A stretch of DNA of 64,000 nucleotides from Promethearchaeota archaeon (GTDB lineage: Archaea; Asgardarchaeota; Lokiarchaeia; Sigyniarchaeales; SOKP01), in the NCBI GenBank assembly GCA_004524725.1, contig SDNW01000002.1:4792-68791 (forward strand), in the 5' to 3' direction. Under the pieces are notes generated by a model. The model saw nothing but the letters and a program-made list of their open reading frames with translations, ran no database searches and was not told the origin of the DNA. Within the stretch, counting starts at the first letter, position 1, and the number at the start of each line of letters is the position of its first letter. Both the position numbers and the translations under genes were made by a program. This document shows positions 41,494-51,156 of the stretch, in pieces.

Positions 41494-42783
41494 ATGAAAA
41501 TTTTATTTCTTGATTGCATAAATTCCGGAATTTCGGGAGATATGCTTCTGGCTTCATTATTGGAATTGGTAAATGATCCCAATGAAATATTAGAGTTATT
41601 AATTAGCTTAAAAAAGCATTTGGATGGTATTTCAGAACTTGAAATCGAATTACTTAAGGTTAATAAAGCAGGAATTCAAGTAAATCAGTTAATGATAAAG
41701 ATTCAAGAAAATAAACATCATCGTACGCCAAAGGTGCTTCAATCAGCATTAGAGAATGCATTAGAAGAGGGAAATTATTCTTCACCAGCAAAAGTTTATG
41801 CGCATAAGGTTTTAAATTCTCTTTTTCAAGCTGAAGCTCATGTTCATGGAAAATTAATTGAAAAAATTCATTTGCATGAATTAAGTTCAGTTGATACATT
41901 AATTGATATCTTAGGGGTTACTAAAGCCCTAGAAATAATAGGATATTTCCACGATAATTTCCAAATATATTGCAGTCGATTGCCAGTAGGCGGAGGAACA
42001 GTGGAAACTGCCCATGGTACTCTCGCAGTCCCTGCACCTGCAACGGTAAAAATTTTGGAGAATTCTGAAATTATCATCCAAAGCGGTCCAGTTGAGGGAG
42101 AATTAGTAACTCCTACAGGAGCGGCTCTATTGGTTAATTTAAACCCAATATGTATAGATTTTTTTGAACGATTAAAACTTAAAAAGGTAGGATATGGAAC
42201 AGGGCAAAAAATATTTCAAAATTTTTCTAATATTCTACGGATTTTTTTTGGAGAACTCGAAAAGGAACCTTTCGTTACAGAAAGTGAATTTAAGAGTTAT
42301 ATGGAAGATGTTACTATTTTAGAAACTAATGTAGATGACGTTACAGGCGAGATTCTTGGGAATTTTATTCATAAAATGGAGAACTTCAATATCTTAGATA
42401 TTCAAATTATCCCTAGTATCACCAAAAAAAACCGCCCCAGTTATGTTATTAAAATACTTTGCCACCCCGTAATAAGCAATAAAGTATTAGAAACCATCTT
42501 TACCGAATTAGGAACTTTGGGAGTAAGAATTAGCAAGACAAAAAGAGCCTGTATCGATAGGGAGGTAGAAACGGTAAAAATTGTTATTAATCAAGAAACA
42601 TACGAAATTAATTATAAAATCTCATATTACTTCAAAAAGGATCGAAAGCAAATCGTTAATATAAAACCAGAATACGAGGATTTGAAAAAGATAAGTTCTA
42701 AAACAGGATTTTCAGTTAAAGATTTATTATTAATGAGTGCTTCTGAAGTAGAAAAGCTTTATCGGAAAAAAAATCTAAATTAA
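41494..42783 (+). CDS. larC: LarC (DUF111) nickel-insertion protein for the nickel-pincer nucleotide cofactor
   Basis: 429 aa. N-terminal MKILFLDCINSGISGDMLLASLLEL is the hallmark of the family. HELSSVDTLIDILG, and the length matches. Confidence 0.85.
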   Translation: MKILFLDCINSGISGDMLLASLLELVNDPNEILELLISLKKHLDGISELEIELLKVNKAGIQVNQLMIKIQENKHHRTPKVLQSALENALEEGNYSSPAKVYAHKVLNSLFQAEAHVHGKLIEKIHLHELSSVDTLIDILGVTKALEIIGYFHDNFQIYCSRLPVGGGTVETAHGTLAVPAPATVKILENSEIIIQSGPVEGELVTPTGAALLVNLNPICIDFFERLKLKKVGYGTGQKIFQNFSNILRIFFGELEKEPFVTESEFKSYMEDVTILETNVDDVTGEILGNFIHKMENFNILDIQIIPSITKKNRPSYVIKILCHPVISNKVLETIFTELGTLGVRISKTKRACIDREVETVKIVINQETYEINYKISYYFKKDRKQIVNIKPEYEDLKKISSKTGFSVKDLLLMSASEVEKLYRKKNLN

Positions 42784-42847
42784 AAACCAAGTGATAAAAG
42801 TTATAGAAAAAAAAAGAGATGAGAATTAATTAATTCCGTTATATTAG

Positions 42848-43390
42848 CTAAAATTTGTCAATATTAAATTTATGAAGAAAATACTCGTCTTCTACCATCT
42901 CTTTTGAAAATTTTTTAAGTTCAGAGATTTTCTTTTTAATATCTTTTTCTTTTCTTAATTTCCCTAATTCGTGATAAATTTCAGCAGCTTCATTAAAGGA
43001 TTCAATGCATTTATCATAATTCCCCGAGATTTGCAAATCTTCAGCAAGAAATTCAAGTCCTTCAGCCACATCTATTTTTTTACCTAATTTCTTCTGAATT
43101 TTCAAAGCTTGATAGGAATACTTTAATCCTTCGGCATGCTCTCTAAATTTAGCATGTGTCCTCCCAAGAGCTCGAAGAACCATTGCTTCTTCACTCTGGA
43201 GGTTGTTTTCTTGGCAATGTTTTAATAAATTCTGTAGGAATTGAATCAATTCTGTTTTTCGCTTGGTCTGTGAACGGTCGATATTCTCAATTACTTTATT
43301 AAAACTTTCTAAGGTATTAAGAACATCTCCACTATCAAAAAACTCTTTAGATCTTTCAAAATTATCTGCTGTTGCGACCATCGGTCTCAA
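42848..43390 (-). CDS. TPR-like helical repeat protein
   Basis: 180 aa. Repeated helical hairpins (ALGRTHAKFREHAEGLKYSYQALKI; LAEDLQISGNYDKCIESFNEAAEIY). Confidence 0.4.
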   Translation of the reverse strand: MRPMVATADNFERSKEFFDSGDVLNTLESFNKVIENIDRSQTKRKTELIQFLQNLLKHCQENNLQSEEAMVLRALGRTHAKFREHAEGLKYSYQALKIQKKLGKKIDVAEGLEFLAEDLQISGNYDKCIESFNEAAEIYHELGKLRKEKDIKKKISELKKFSKEMVEDEYFLHKFNIDKF

Positions 43391-43621
43391 CTACATTGTC
43401 CCAAATTTTTTTTTTTTTAATAGATTTTATAAAGAAATAGTATCAATATAAACTATATTAATCTACATATTTATAGTTTTTTGTAGGTTTTTTCTTAATA
43501 AAAAGGGGGGGACAACTTAATAATACTAACCTATGGCTTGATTGTAGAAATTACTAAAATAAGCGTTTGAACAAATAATTCTCTAAGTAAAATCAAAAAA
43601 AAATAAAAAAAAGGAGAAAAA

Positions 43622-44284
43622 TTAGAAAATACCTAATGGACCGAGTAATGGACCAAAAATACAGAGCAATATTACTGAAATCCCATAAATGATGGCAACA
43701 AATTTAATCTTATCTTTCCTTTCGGGGAGGTCGTACACATAAAACGCCCCAACAAAGAAATGAAAGTAACCTATTAAAAAAATTAATACTGGATTGTACC
43801 AATGCCACCATACATATTCCCAGATAAGATAATTGCCCCAATTTAGCAAGATTTCTACGATAACACAAAATATAGCAAATCCTGCTGCCATTGCCCATCG
43901 ATTTGATAAACCAAAGATTTTTTGTTCTTTATCTTCCGGTAGAAGCTTCGCGAAGACAATTCCCGCTATGGAGAACATAAAAGCAATCTCAATGTTCCAT
44001 CCAATTAATATAATATATGCACTGGCACCGGGAGTTGTCCAAAAGGCAGAATAGCCACTAAAAGCAAACACTAACGCATTCCATATTTCATTTATTAAAT
44101 CCAATCCTAGTACAGTCAACCCTGCAAAAATAGTGCTCCAGTTTCCCGACTCTCGTGCCTTTTTTATTTCTACAGCGTAAATATAGAGAACTATTGCTAA
44201 TATCGGAATAATATACCAGCCAAAATCTTCATTTAAAATCCGAAGTTTGGACAAGGCTTCCAAAGAAGGTGCTGTGGGTGTCAT
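43622..44284 (-). CDS. Integral membrane protein (about 6 TM), unknown function
   Basis: 220 aa, Trp/aromatic-rich hydrophobic helices. Lies between larC and larB. Confidence 0.4.
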   Translation of the reverse strand: MTPTAPSLEALSKLRILNEDFGWYIIPILAIVLYIYAVEIKKARESGNWSTIFAGLTVLGLDLINEIWNALVFAFSGYSAFWTTPGASAYIILIGWNIEIAFMFSIAGIVFAKLLPEDKEQKIFGLSNRWAMAAGFAIFCVIVEILLNWGNYLIWEYVWWHWYNPVLIFLIGYFHFFVGAFYVYDLPERKDKIKFVAIIYGISVILLCIFGPLLGPLGIF

Positions 44285-44419
44285 TTTAAAAAGGTGTAAT
44301 TTGTATTTGATTTTATTAATTAAATTTTAATGAGAAAAGATTCGATTTTAATTATATTTATATTTAATTACATTTGCATTTAACAAACTAAAATCTACAA
44401 AAAGTCAAAAAAAATCGTA

Positions 44420-45199
44420 TTATGGAGTAATTTTATTAGCTATTAATGCTGCTGAAGCACCTGCCCCAAATCCGTTATCAATATTTACTACTAGCAAACC
44501 TGGAGAACATGATTGAAGCATAGTAGTAAGAGCACCAACTCCCTTTTCTCCTAAACCATACCCACTTGAGACAGGTACTCCTATTACGGGAATATCAACT
44601 AAAGCTGCTACTAGACCAGGTAGTGTTCCTTCCATACCGGCACAAACAATAAACACGTGGACTCCTTTTTTAATCATATCGCTTAATGGTTGAAAAATCC
44701 GGTGAATACCTGCAATCCCTAAATCATAGCTGGTTAACACTTGACAGCCCATTGCTTGGGCAATTACTTTTGCTTCTTCCGCAACATGAATATCTGAACT
44801 TCCCGCAGTTATAATTCCTACAATTCCGCCCTTTTTTTCAAATTGGAACTCGATTTCTTTAATGATTATCGTTTTAGCTTGTGGATTAATTTCAATTTCA
44901 TATTTTTGATTGTTAAGATAAGTCTTTTCAATTAATTGTAGCTGATCCTCCTTATAGCGAGAAACTATCGCAAATTTATTTCTTTTTATAAATGATTTGA
45001 TAATTTCAAGCAAAATGTCAGCTGATTTATTTTCGGCATATATTACTTCGACAATCCCTGTTCTAAGATTTCGAAATACATCCAATTTAGCTAAATCTCC
45101 CACTTCTTCGATTAGATTGGCTTTTAACAATAGTTCTGCCTCTTCTAGAGAACATTTTTTTTCCATTAATTTATTCAATACGTCTCGTATATTCTCCAT
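44420..45199 (-). CDS. larB: LarB (PurE-like) pyridinium-3,5-biscarboxylic acid mononucleotide synthase
   Basis: 259 aa. The PurE-like core GIVGIITAGSSDIHVAEEAKV and CAGMEGTLPGLVAALV, preceded by the roughly 110-aa LarB-specific N-terminal domain. Confidence 0.85.
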   Translation of the reverse strand: MENIRDVLNKLMEKKCSLEEAELLLKANLIEEVGDLAKLDVFRNLRTGIVEVIYAENKSADILLEIIKSFIKRNKFAIVSRYKEDQLQLIEKTYLNNQKYEIEINPQAKTIIIKEIEFQFEKKGGIVGIITAGSSDIHVAEEAKVIAQAMGCQVLTSYDLGIAGIHRIFQPLSDMIKKGVHVFIVCAGMEGTLPGLVAALVDIPVIGVPVSSGYGLGEKGVGALTTMLQSCSPGLLVVNIDNGFGAGASAALIANKITP

Positions 45200-45354
45200 G
45201 GTTAGTTACCTTTTACAGTTGATAGTAATATTTGTTCACTATAATTTTTATGTACTTTATAAGAAAAAAATATTAACTAATCTTAAATTACATGATCTTA
45301 ATTCGATATCTAAAATAAATTAATTAAATACATAAAATGGAATAATTTTTCAAA

Positions 45355-46590
45355 GTGATCAAAGAAATGAAAATAGATTATACATCTTATAAGGATGTTA
45401 AATTGAAAGGAAAAAAAGTGTTAATCCGCGTAGATATTAATTCCAATATCGATACCGAAAAAATGGAAATTAGAGATTCCCCAAGAATTCGCGCATTAGC
45501 ACCGGCGCTTAATGAACATTTTAAAAAAAGTGCTGTTATTCTTCTAGCCCATCAATCAAGACCGGGAGATGATGATTTTACAGACTTAGATATACATGCA
45601 AAAGAACTTGAGAAATATCTTGACCGACCTGTGAAATTTGTCAAAGATATTTTTGGTGAATTAGCAGTTAAAGCAATTAAAGCATTAAAACCAGGAGAAG
45701 TGCTAATGCTTAATAACGTGCGAAAATTTGATGGGGAAATGAAAAATTATAAAGATTTCTCTGAAGCCGAAAAAACCGAATTGGTCCAAACTCTTTTTCC
45801 ACTAGTAGATTATGTTATCGTAGATGCTTTTGGAGCAGCTCATCGTGCTCACGCTTCCATTGTAGGATGGCCAAAAATGCTTGCGGGGCCTATAACAGAT
45901 GAAGAATTAGCGAATCTAAAGAAGGTATTGGAAGACCCAAAAAAACCCATGGCAATGCTCATAGGAGGAGCAAAAGCAATAGATAAATTTAAAGCAATGA
46001 AATACAATTTTGATGAGGATAAATTAGATTATGCTCTATGTTCGGGTTTGACTGCTATATTAATTTTTGAAGCCATAGGAAAAAATATGGGAGAACCAAA
46101 CCGTAAGATTATTTCAGATGACTTAGAACAAAATAAAGAGATGATATTAGATACTTATCAGAAGTATAAAGATAAGATAATATTACCAGACGATTTAATT
46201 ATAGATGATAACGGAAATAGAAAGGTTATAGATGTGGATGAAGCTGGAACATTTAATACCACCACAGGTGATATTGGTCCTAAAACCATAGACAATTTTA
46301 AAGATGTGTTATTAAAATGCAAAACTATCATTGCAAATGGACCTCCGGGTATTTTTGAGAAAGAAGTTTTTAGAAAAGCTACCTATGATATGGTTGAAAC
46401 AATGGTAAAAGCAACACACGAGAAGAATGCTCTTACTGTCATCGGTGGCGGTGAAATGGGAGCTGCGGCTTCAATGGCAGGATTAGCAGATCAAGTATCA
46501 TTTATATCTACTGCGGGTGGAGCTATGCTTGAAATTCTTTCTGGAAAAGATTTGCCTATGATTAAAGCTTTACGAGAGAAAAAACTCTAA
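45355..46590 (+). CDS. pgk: Phosphoglycerate kinase (archaeal type)
   Basis: 411 aa. KKVLIRVDINS, LLAHQSRPG, DAFGAAHRAHAS and VIGGGEM..A motifs. GTG 45355 or ATG 45367 as start. Confidence 0.9.
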   Translation: MIKEMKIDYTSYKDVKLKGKKVLIRVDINSNIDTEKMEIRDSPRIRALAPALNEHFKKSAVILLAHQSRPGDDDFTDLDIHAKELEKYLDRPVKFVKDIFGELAVKAIKALKPGEVLMLNNVRKFDGEMKNYKDFSEAEKTELVQTLFPLVDYVIVDAFGAAHRAHASIVGWPKMLAGPITDEELANLKKVLEDPKKPMAMLIGGAKAIDKFKAMKYNFDEDKLDYALCSGLTAILIFEAIGKNMGEPNRKIISDDLEQNKEMILDTYQKYKDKIILPDDLIIDDNGNRKVIDVDEAGTFNTTTGDIGPKTIDNFKDVLLKCKTIIANGPPGIFEKEVFRKATYDMVETMVKATHEKNALTVIGGGEMGAAASMAGLADQVSFISTAGGAMLEILSGKDLPMIKALREKKL

Positions 46591-46609
46591 TTTTTTTTCT
46601 ACTTTTTTT
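46591..46609 (+). terminator. Two oligo-T tracts (T8, T7) immediately after the pgk stop
   Basis: Read directly: taaTTTTTTTTctacTTTTTTTg. Confidence 0.5.
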
Positions 46610-46678
46610 GTATTAAATTATAATAATTGACTTTATCAGTATTATTAAGATTTTTAATTAATAAAGAAATCTAATATT

Positions 46679-47653
46679 TCATTTTAATAAATCAATATTG
46701 TATATATCAAGGCCCGCATTGGTACCAGTATCTTCTACGATGACTTTATGATTTCTTCTGTCATAAAGATGTACCTTAATTCTCGATTTTAACGTTTCAA
46801 TAATATCAAATGACATATCTCCTAATTTTGGTGCTCTAAGTTTAGTAAATTTTATGTTGGATTTATCAATCGTGATATCTACAAAATACCTTCGATCTTC
46901 AATTAATAATCTTATAATCCCTCCAGAAATTCTCAAAAACCGAACTCTCGCATTGGTATATGTGGTAAACTTGTAAAAAGTGCCTTTATGCCAAATCACG
47001 CAGAAAAAACCCTTAATTTTAACTCCAAAAAGGGGAACAAACGCTACAGATAATACTATTGAAAGTTCTGGTTCAGCAAAATGGTTAGTTTGAGCCCAAA
47101 TATACCCCTCTGGGAAAGAACTGCCCCAGTCCTTTTCTACGTAACCTTTCCCATTTGTAAAATCAATAATGGTATCATTAATATTTAAAGAACCAGTAAG
47201 GGTATGATTCATACTTACTATTCCATGATACGTTTCTAAAAAGGGTACATAATTGAGTATTCCCATAACATTTGGTTGCAGAAATGACCTTGGCCATAGA
47301 GTAGTGTTATTATATCGAATATTTCCCTTTATTTTCATATCATCTCGATCAATATCCAAGATGAATCCGTTAGTGGAAAAATAACATTTATCTATCCTTA
47401 TTGCAAACTCGTTGTTTGATAAATTTTCGAATTTTTTTAATTGGTGTCTAATATAATGCATTCTTCCTGTTTGACCATTTAAGATCTGGATAAATGCTTG
47501 CGAACTCTTGGATTTTCTATTTATAGCTATAGTTGGAATGAATGCGTAGCTGTATTTTGTGTTCTTATCGACTATTTTATTATACCAGCCTTCATAGTAA
47601 TTATTCTTTTTTAAATTTCCTTGAAATGCTTCTGGGTATCTGCGATTTCTCAT
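46679..47653 (-). CDS. Tocopherol cyclase-like family protein
   Basis: 324 aa. The N-terminal F.G.....YYEGWYNKI resembles the tocopherol cyclase (VTE1) hallmark FFEGWYF(R/K)V. VEKDWG and an all-beta-looking remainder. A moderate-confidence family call only. Confidence 0.45.
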   Translation of the reverse strand: MRNRRYPEAFQGNLKKNNYYEGWYNKIVDKNTKYSYAFIPTIAINRKSKSSQAFIQILNGQTGRMHYIRHQLKKFENLSNNEFAIRIDKCYFSTNGFILDIDRDDMKIKGNIRYNNTTLWPRSFLQPNVMGILNYVPFLETYHGIVSMNHTLTGSLNINDTIIDFTNGKGYVEKDWGSSFPEGYIWAQTNHFAEPELSIVLSVAFVPLFGVKIKGFFCVIWHKGTFYKFTTYTNARVRFLRISGGIIRLLIEDRRYFVDITIDKSNIKFTKLRAPKLGDMSFDIIETLKSRIKVHLYDRRNHKVIVEDTGTNAGLDIYNIDLLK

Positions 47654-47848
47654 TAAAACACAAAAAGATTTACAGTTATAATTTATTTTCCTTATTTTTC
47701 ATAAGTTTTCCTATCCTAAAGGAAAGAGTGACAAAGTAGCGAAATCGATCAAACGCATAAAAATACTCATAAAATATTTATTTCTTAGTAAAATAAATTA
47801 CTTATCATAAATTTGGATATTAATATTAGCAAATATTTTCAAAATTAT

Positions 47849-47944
47849 GGGCCCGTGGTCTAGCCCGGTATGACGTCCGCTTGACGTGCGGAAAATTTCG
47901 TAAAGAAACCCGTAAGGTCGCGTGTTCAATTCACGCCGGGCCCA
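47849..47944 (+). tRNA. tRNA-Val (anticodon GAC) with a roughly 22-nt insertion/intron between the anticodon stem and the T-arm
   Basis: Hand-folded. Acceptor GGGCCCG/CGGGCCC. Anticodon arm TCCGC-TTGACGT-GCGGA. T-arm GCGTG-TTCAATT-CACGC. Discriminator A. 96 nt in total against about 74 nt for the mature cloverleaf. No encoded CCA. Confidence 0.8.
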
Positions 47945-47987
47945 CTATTTGAAAATCGTTTCAATATAATCTAAGAGATATAATATT

Positions 47988-48467
47988 ATGCCAATTCGAG
48001 TTCGCTGGACAACAAAAGATTATTTTCCATTCGCTTTGATGCTTTTAGGAACATGTGGGATTTTCCAATTATTGTTCATTTTCATTGCTCAATATCTTCT
48101 AAACGTAGGGAATTTTTATGTGGTAATTTTAATACCTACGGGCGTCACAATTACATTATTCTTTGGCTCAATGATAATATTTGAATCCTATGCTCAGGTA
48201 GAAAGGAACCGAAAATTGAAATCTCGTTTTCAAAAGGCTCAAAGCTACAGCTCTACTCTTGAGCGTTTTTTATATTTTCCCGTCGTGAGACCATTACTTA
48301 TCATGTTTGCTGTTTTTGGTGGTTTATTTTTTGCTACATACTTCTTTTGTGCCACCTTCTTAGATAAAGTTATATCATTTTTGGTGTCAGAAACATTCGC
48401 CGCGGTAATTAGTTTGCTTATTGCAAATTTAATTGAAAAACGATATGGTAGAGTAAAAAGATATTAG
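47988..48467 (+). CDS. Small integral membrane protein (4 TM), unknown function
   Basis: 159 aa with four clear hydrophobic helices and basic loops. Confidence 0.4.
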   Translation: MPIRVRWTTKDYFPFALMLLGTCGIFQLLFIFIAQYLLNVGNFYVVILIPTGVTITLFFGSMIIFESYAQVERNRKLKSRFQKAQSYSSTLERFLYFPVVRPLLIMFAVFGGLFFATYFFCATFLDKVISFLVSETFAAVISLLIANLIEKRYGRVKRY

Positions 48468-48572
48468 GATGTCAATTAAAATTATATACTTGAATAGTTA
48501 TATCATAATCTAGATATTATAGTAATTTTAATATCTTAAGTGTGCATTAGCTGTTCATTAGTGGGAAAAATT

Positions 48573-49415
48573 ATGGTCAAACTTGAAGTTCGTTGCCCAA
48601 CTTGCTCAAAGAGAGGTAGTATTGAGGTTTCGGAAGAGGAAGTAAAAAGTAGCACCAGAGGGCTATTTGCTGTTAATATTCCAGTGGAAATAATTTGTTC
48701 CCATTCCTTTATTGCTTACGTAGATAAAAATTTGACTGTTCGAGACACATACACGGCTGATTTTCAAATTGAATTACCTACTTTTGAATCAAAAGAAGAG
48801 GAAGACGTAGATACTTCATTAAGAGACTTGATCGATGTTAGTTTAATCAAATTGAACCTAACAGGTTCCAATCTTGCTCATGTATTTCATGCGATGATAT
48901 ATCGGAATAAAATTTTAGTAATTTCAGACCAAGATTTCTTATTTGACAAAATGACTCAATTTTTCGATTATATCACTCAAGATTCTTATGAGCTCAATAT
49001 TCAATTTGTAAGCCAAAGCAACTTCAAAGCAGAGAACTTTAAAGATTTTGTGGTTTTAAAGGGAAGTGAGATATTAAAGGACCCATATGAGTTATTTAAT
49101 AAAAGGAAGTTGAATGTTGAAAAAACTATAGCTCAACACTTCATAATTGAATATGAGCCTACTAAAAGCTTAATTTTCTTAAAAAATGAGCTTAAAAAGA
49201 CCTATGAGTTGTCTAATTCCATCATAGAGATGATTCAAAAGCTTAAAAAAGGTAAAAAAGTATATTCTCGTCAGGTAATTGAAGATTTAGAGAAAATCCA
49301 TAATATAAAAATATCTATCCCTTATTTGGACTTTTTATATGAAATAGTAGAAAATTACTTTAATATAGAGGTCCCAAAAACATCCAATATTTCAAATTTT
49401 TTAGGTACACTATAA
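48573..49415 (+). CDS. Zinc-ribbon-containing hypothetical protein
   Basis: The N-terminal VRCPTCSKRG...ICSH suggests a Zn-binding knuckle. The rest is a mixed alpha/beta protein. Start set at ATG 48573 rather than GTG 48540. Confidence 0.45.
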   Translation: MVKLEVRCPTCSKRGSIEVSEEEVKSSTRGLFAVNIPVEIICSHSFIAYVDKNLTVRDTYTADFQIELPTFESKEEEDVDTSLRDLIDVSLIKLNLTGSNLAHVFHAMIYRNKILVISDQDFLFDKMTQFFDYITQDSYELNIQFVSQSNFKAENFKDFVVLKGSEILKDPYELFNKRKLNVEKTIAQHFIIEYEPTKSLIFLKNELKKTYELSNSIIEMIQKLKKGKKVYSRQVIEDLEKIHNIKISIPYLDFLYEIVENYFNIEVPKTSNISNFLGTL

Positions 49416-49781
49416 ATCATACGCACGAAATTGATAGGATTGAGTTTTAGGAACTTCGCTTGCTAACCTTCATTGAACAAAAATACAGTAGTAAGTTGTC
49501 CGTCTTGTTAGATTAATCTATCTATACCAAAAAAATTTAAATATCAACGCAACATAATAACAACCAAATTAGTTTATCATAATTAGAAGGCGAAATATAC
49601 GATACCTAAGCTTTTTAAAAATATAATTTATAGCATAGTCCTTCCTCTTATAATGCTAGTGGCGGGATTTATCGTAGTCTTCGTGATCATGCAATCTGGG
49701 AACTTTGACCCCATCATAGCTTATCTACCTAGACACTAAACGTTGGATTTAATTTTACTTTAGATAATTACTTTATTGTAA

Positions 49782-50615
49782 TTAATCAGACCAGAAATTT
49801 TTTGCGAATTTCCTTCTTTTATTCCATAATTCGTTTTTAGCAGAGAATCCTTGAATCCCATCGCCTTGATCGGCATCTTTAATTTTCCACATTCCATTAA
49901 CCGCTCCTATTAAGGAACCAGATAAAACTTCAAATCCTTGAGCAGTATAGAGATCTGCTTCTACGCCTCTATTAATTATAAATTTCAATTGGCGTAATCC
50001 CTGCTGATTTTTAGATTTCAGTACTTCTAAAAGCTTATTCACTTCAAATTCAAGCTTATCATTAGGAACTACTCGATTCCATAAATTCCACTGAACTGCT
50101 TTTCTAGCAGAATGCAAAGCTCCAATTAAATTTATCTCTTTAGTTCTTCTTCTTCCAATTAGACGAGCTAACCGTGTTGTTCCCCCCCATCCTGGGGTAA
50201 TTCCTACATCTACTTCAGGCATTCCCCATTTTGCTCGTTCTGTAGCAATTACAAAATCACAAGCCATTGTAATTTCGAGACCCCCTCCAACTGCGTTTCC
50301 ATCCACCGCAGCAATAGTGATTTTATCTAACTCTTCCAGCTGATTAGCCATATTTTGGTAATATCTTACTCTACGCATGATGTCATTTGCATCTCCCCAT
50401 TTCATCATCTCCTTAATATCATCACCAACACAAAAATGATCTCCAGCGCCTTTTATTACGAGAAATTTGATTTTTGTAGATTTTCTTATCTCCTCAATAG
50501 CAATAACTAATTCATCGGATAATCTCATACTTAAAGCATTCATTACTTCAGGCCTATTTAGAGTTATCCAAGCCACCTTTTCTTTTACTTCATAAATCAA
50601 TTGATTAAATTCCAT
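49782..50615 (-). CDS. Enoyl-CoA hydratase/isomerase (crotonase) family protein
   Basis: 277 aa. GAGDHFCVGDDI and AAVDGNAVGGGLEITMACDFVIA match the crotonase oxyanion-hole motifs. Confidence 0.85.
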   Translation of the reverse strand: MEFNQLIYEVKEKVAWITLNRPEVMNALSMRLSDELVIAIEEIRKSTKIKFLVIKGAGDHFCVGDDIKEMMKWGDANDIMRRVRYYQNMANQLEELDKITIAAVDGNAVGGGLEITMACDFVIATERAKWGMPEVDVGITPGWGGTTRLARLIGRRRTKEINLIGALHSARKAVQWNLWNRVVPNDKLEFEVNKLLEVLKSKNQQGLRQLKFIINRGVEADLYTAQGFEVLSGSLIGAVNGMWKIKDADQGDGIQGFSAKNELWNKRRKFAKNFWSD

Positions 50616-51156
50616 ACTAATAATTTCAAGCTATAACTATATAAGTACTATTTCAACATGCAAAATTTTGCATGAATAATGAGATAAATTTTCAAAATCG
50701 TGAAAGGTGGATTTCATGTATATTCATATATCTCTCAATGTTATTGTGATAATATCAGCGTATTATCTATCGTGATAATTTTATCATGCTAACCTTCTTT
50801 CTGTCGATGATGAACGATATGGTCGTGGTGAGGAAACAAAAGCAACTACGTTTACAGAAGAAATTGATGGAGAGAAGTATTCTCATACATTTTTCACGCA
50901 TGAAGAAGGAGATAACTATTTTAAAAATCATAGAATAATTTATAAACAAATTCGATTTGAAAACCTTGTAGGCTTTTATGAAAGTGGAGATAATTATCTC
51001 CGCGGGATGATTGATTATATCGTAAAGAAAGTGTAGTCAGAAGTTTAGTTTTTCGTATCATTATTTCAATATCGGTTAATATTGGAGCTACATTAATTAG
51101 CTGGTTCCTAATTTGAAATCATAGAAGCTCTAAAGCAAGGAATAATAAGTAATAAT

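Noticed and set aside
34708-45323. Small overlapping ORFs 34708..34899, 36661..36936, 38351..38545, 41660..41899, 41868..42077, 43263..43451, 43710..43898, 43833..44054 and 44997..45323
   Set aside because: Each overlaps a longer gene with recognisable family motifs (Sir2, rubrerythrin, GHMP kinase, LarC, TPR, membrane protein, LarB) and has no features of its own.
49653-49739. 28-codon mini-ORF MLVAGFIVVFVIMQSGNFDPIIAYLPRH (single TM) in the 366-nt spacer after 49415
   Set aside because: It is too short to support without homology or expression data. It is noted because the local GC is higher than the surroundings.
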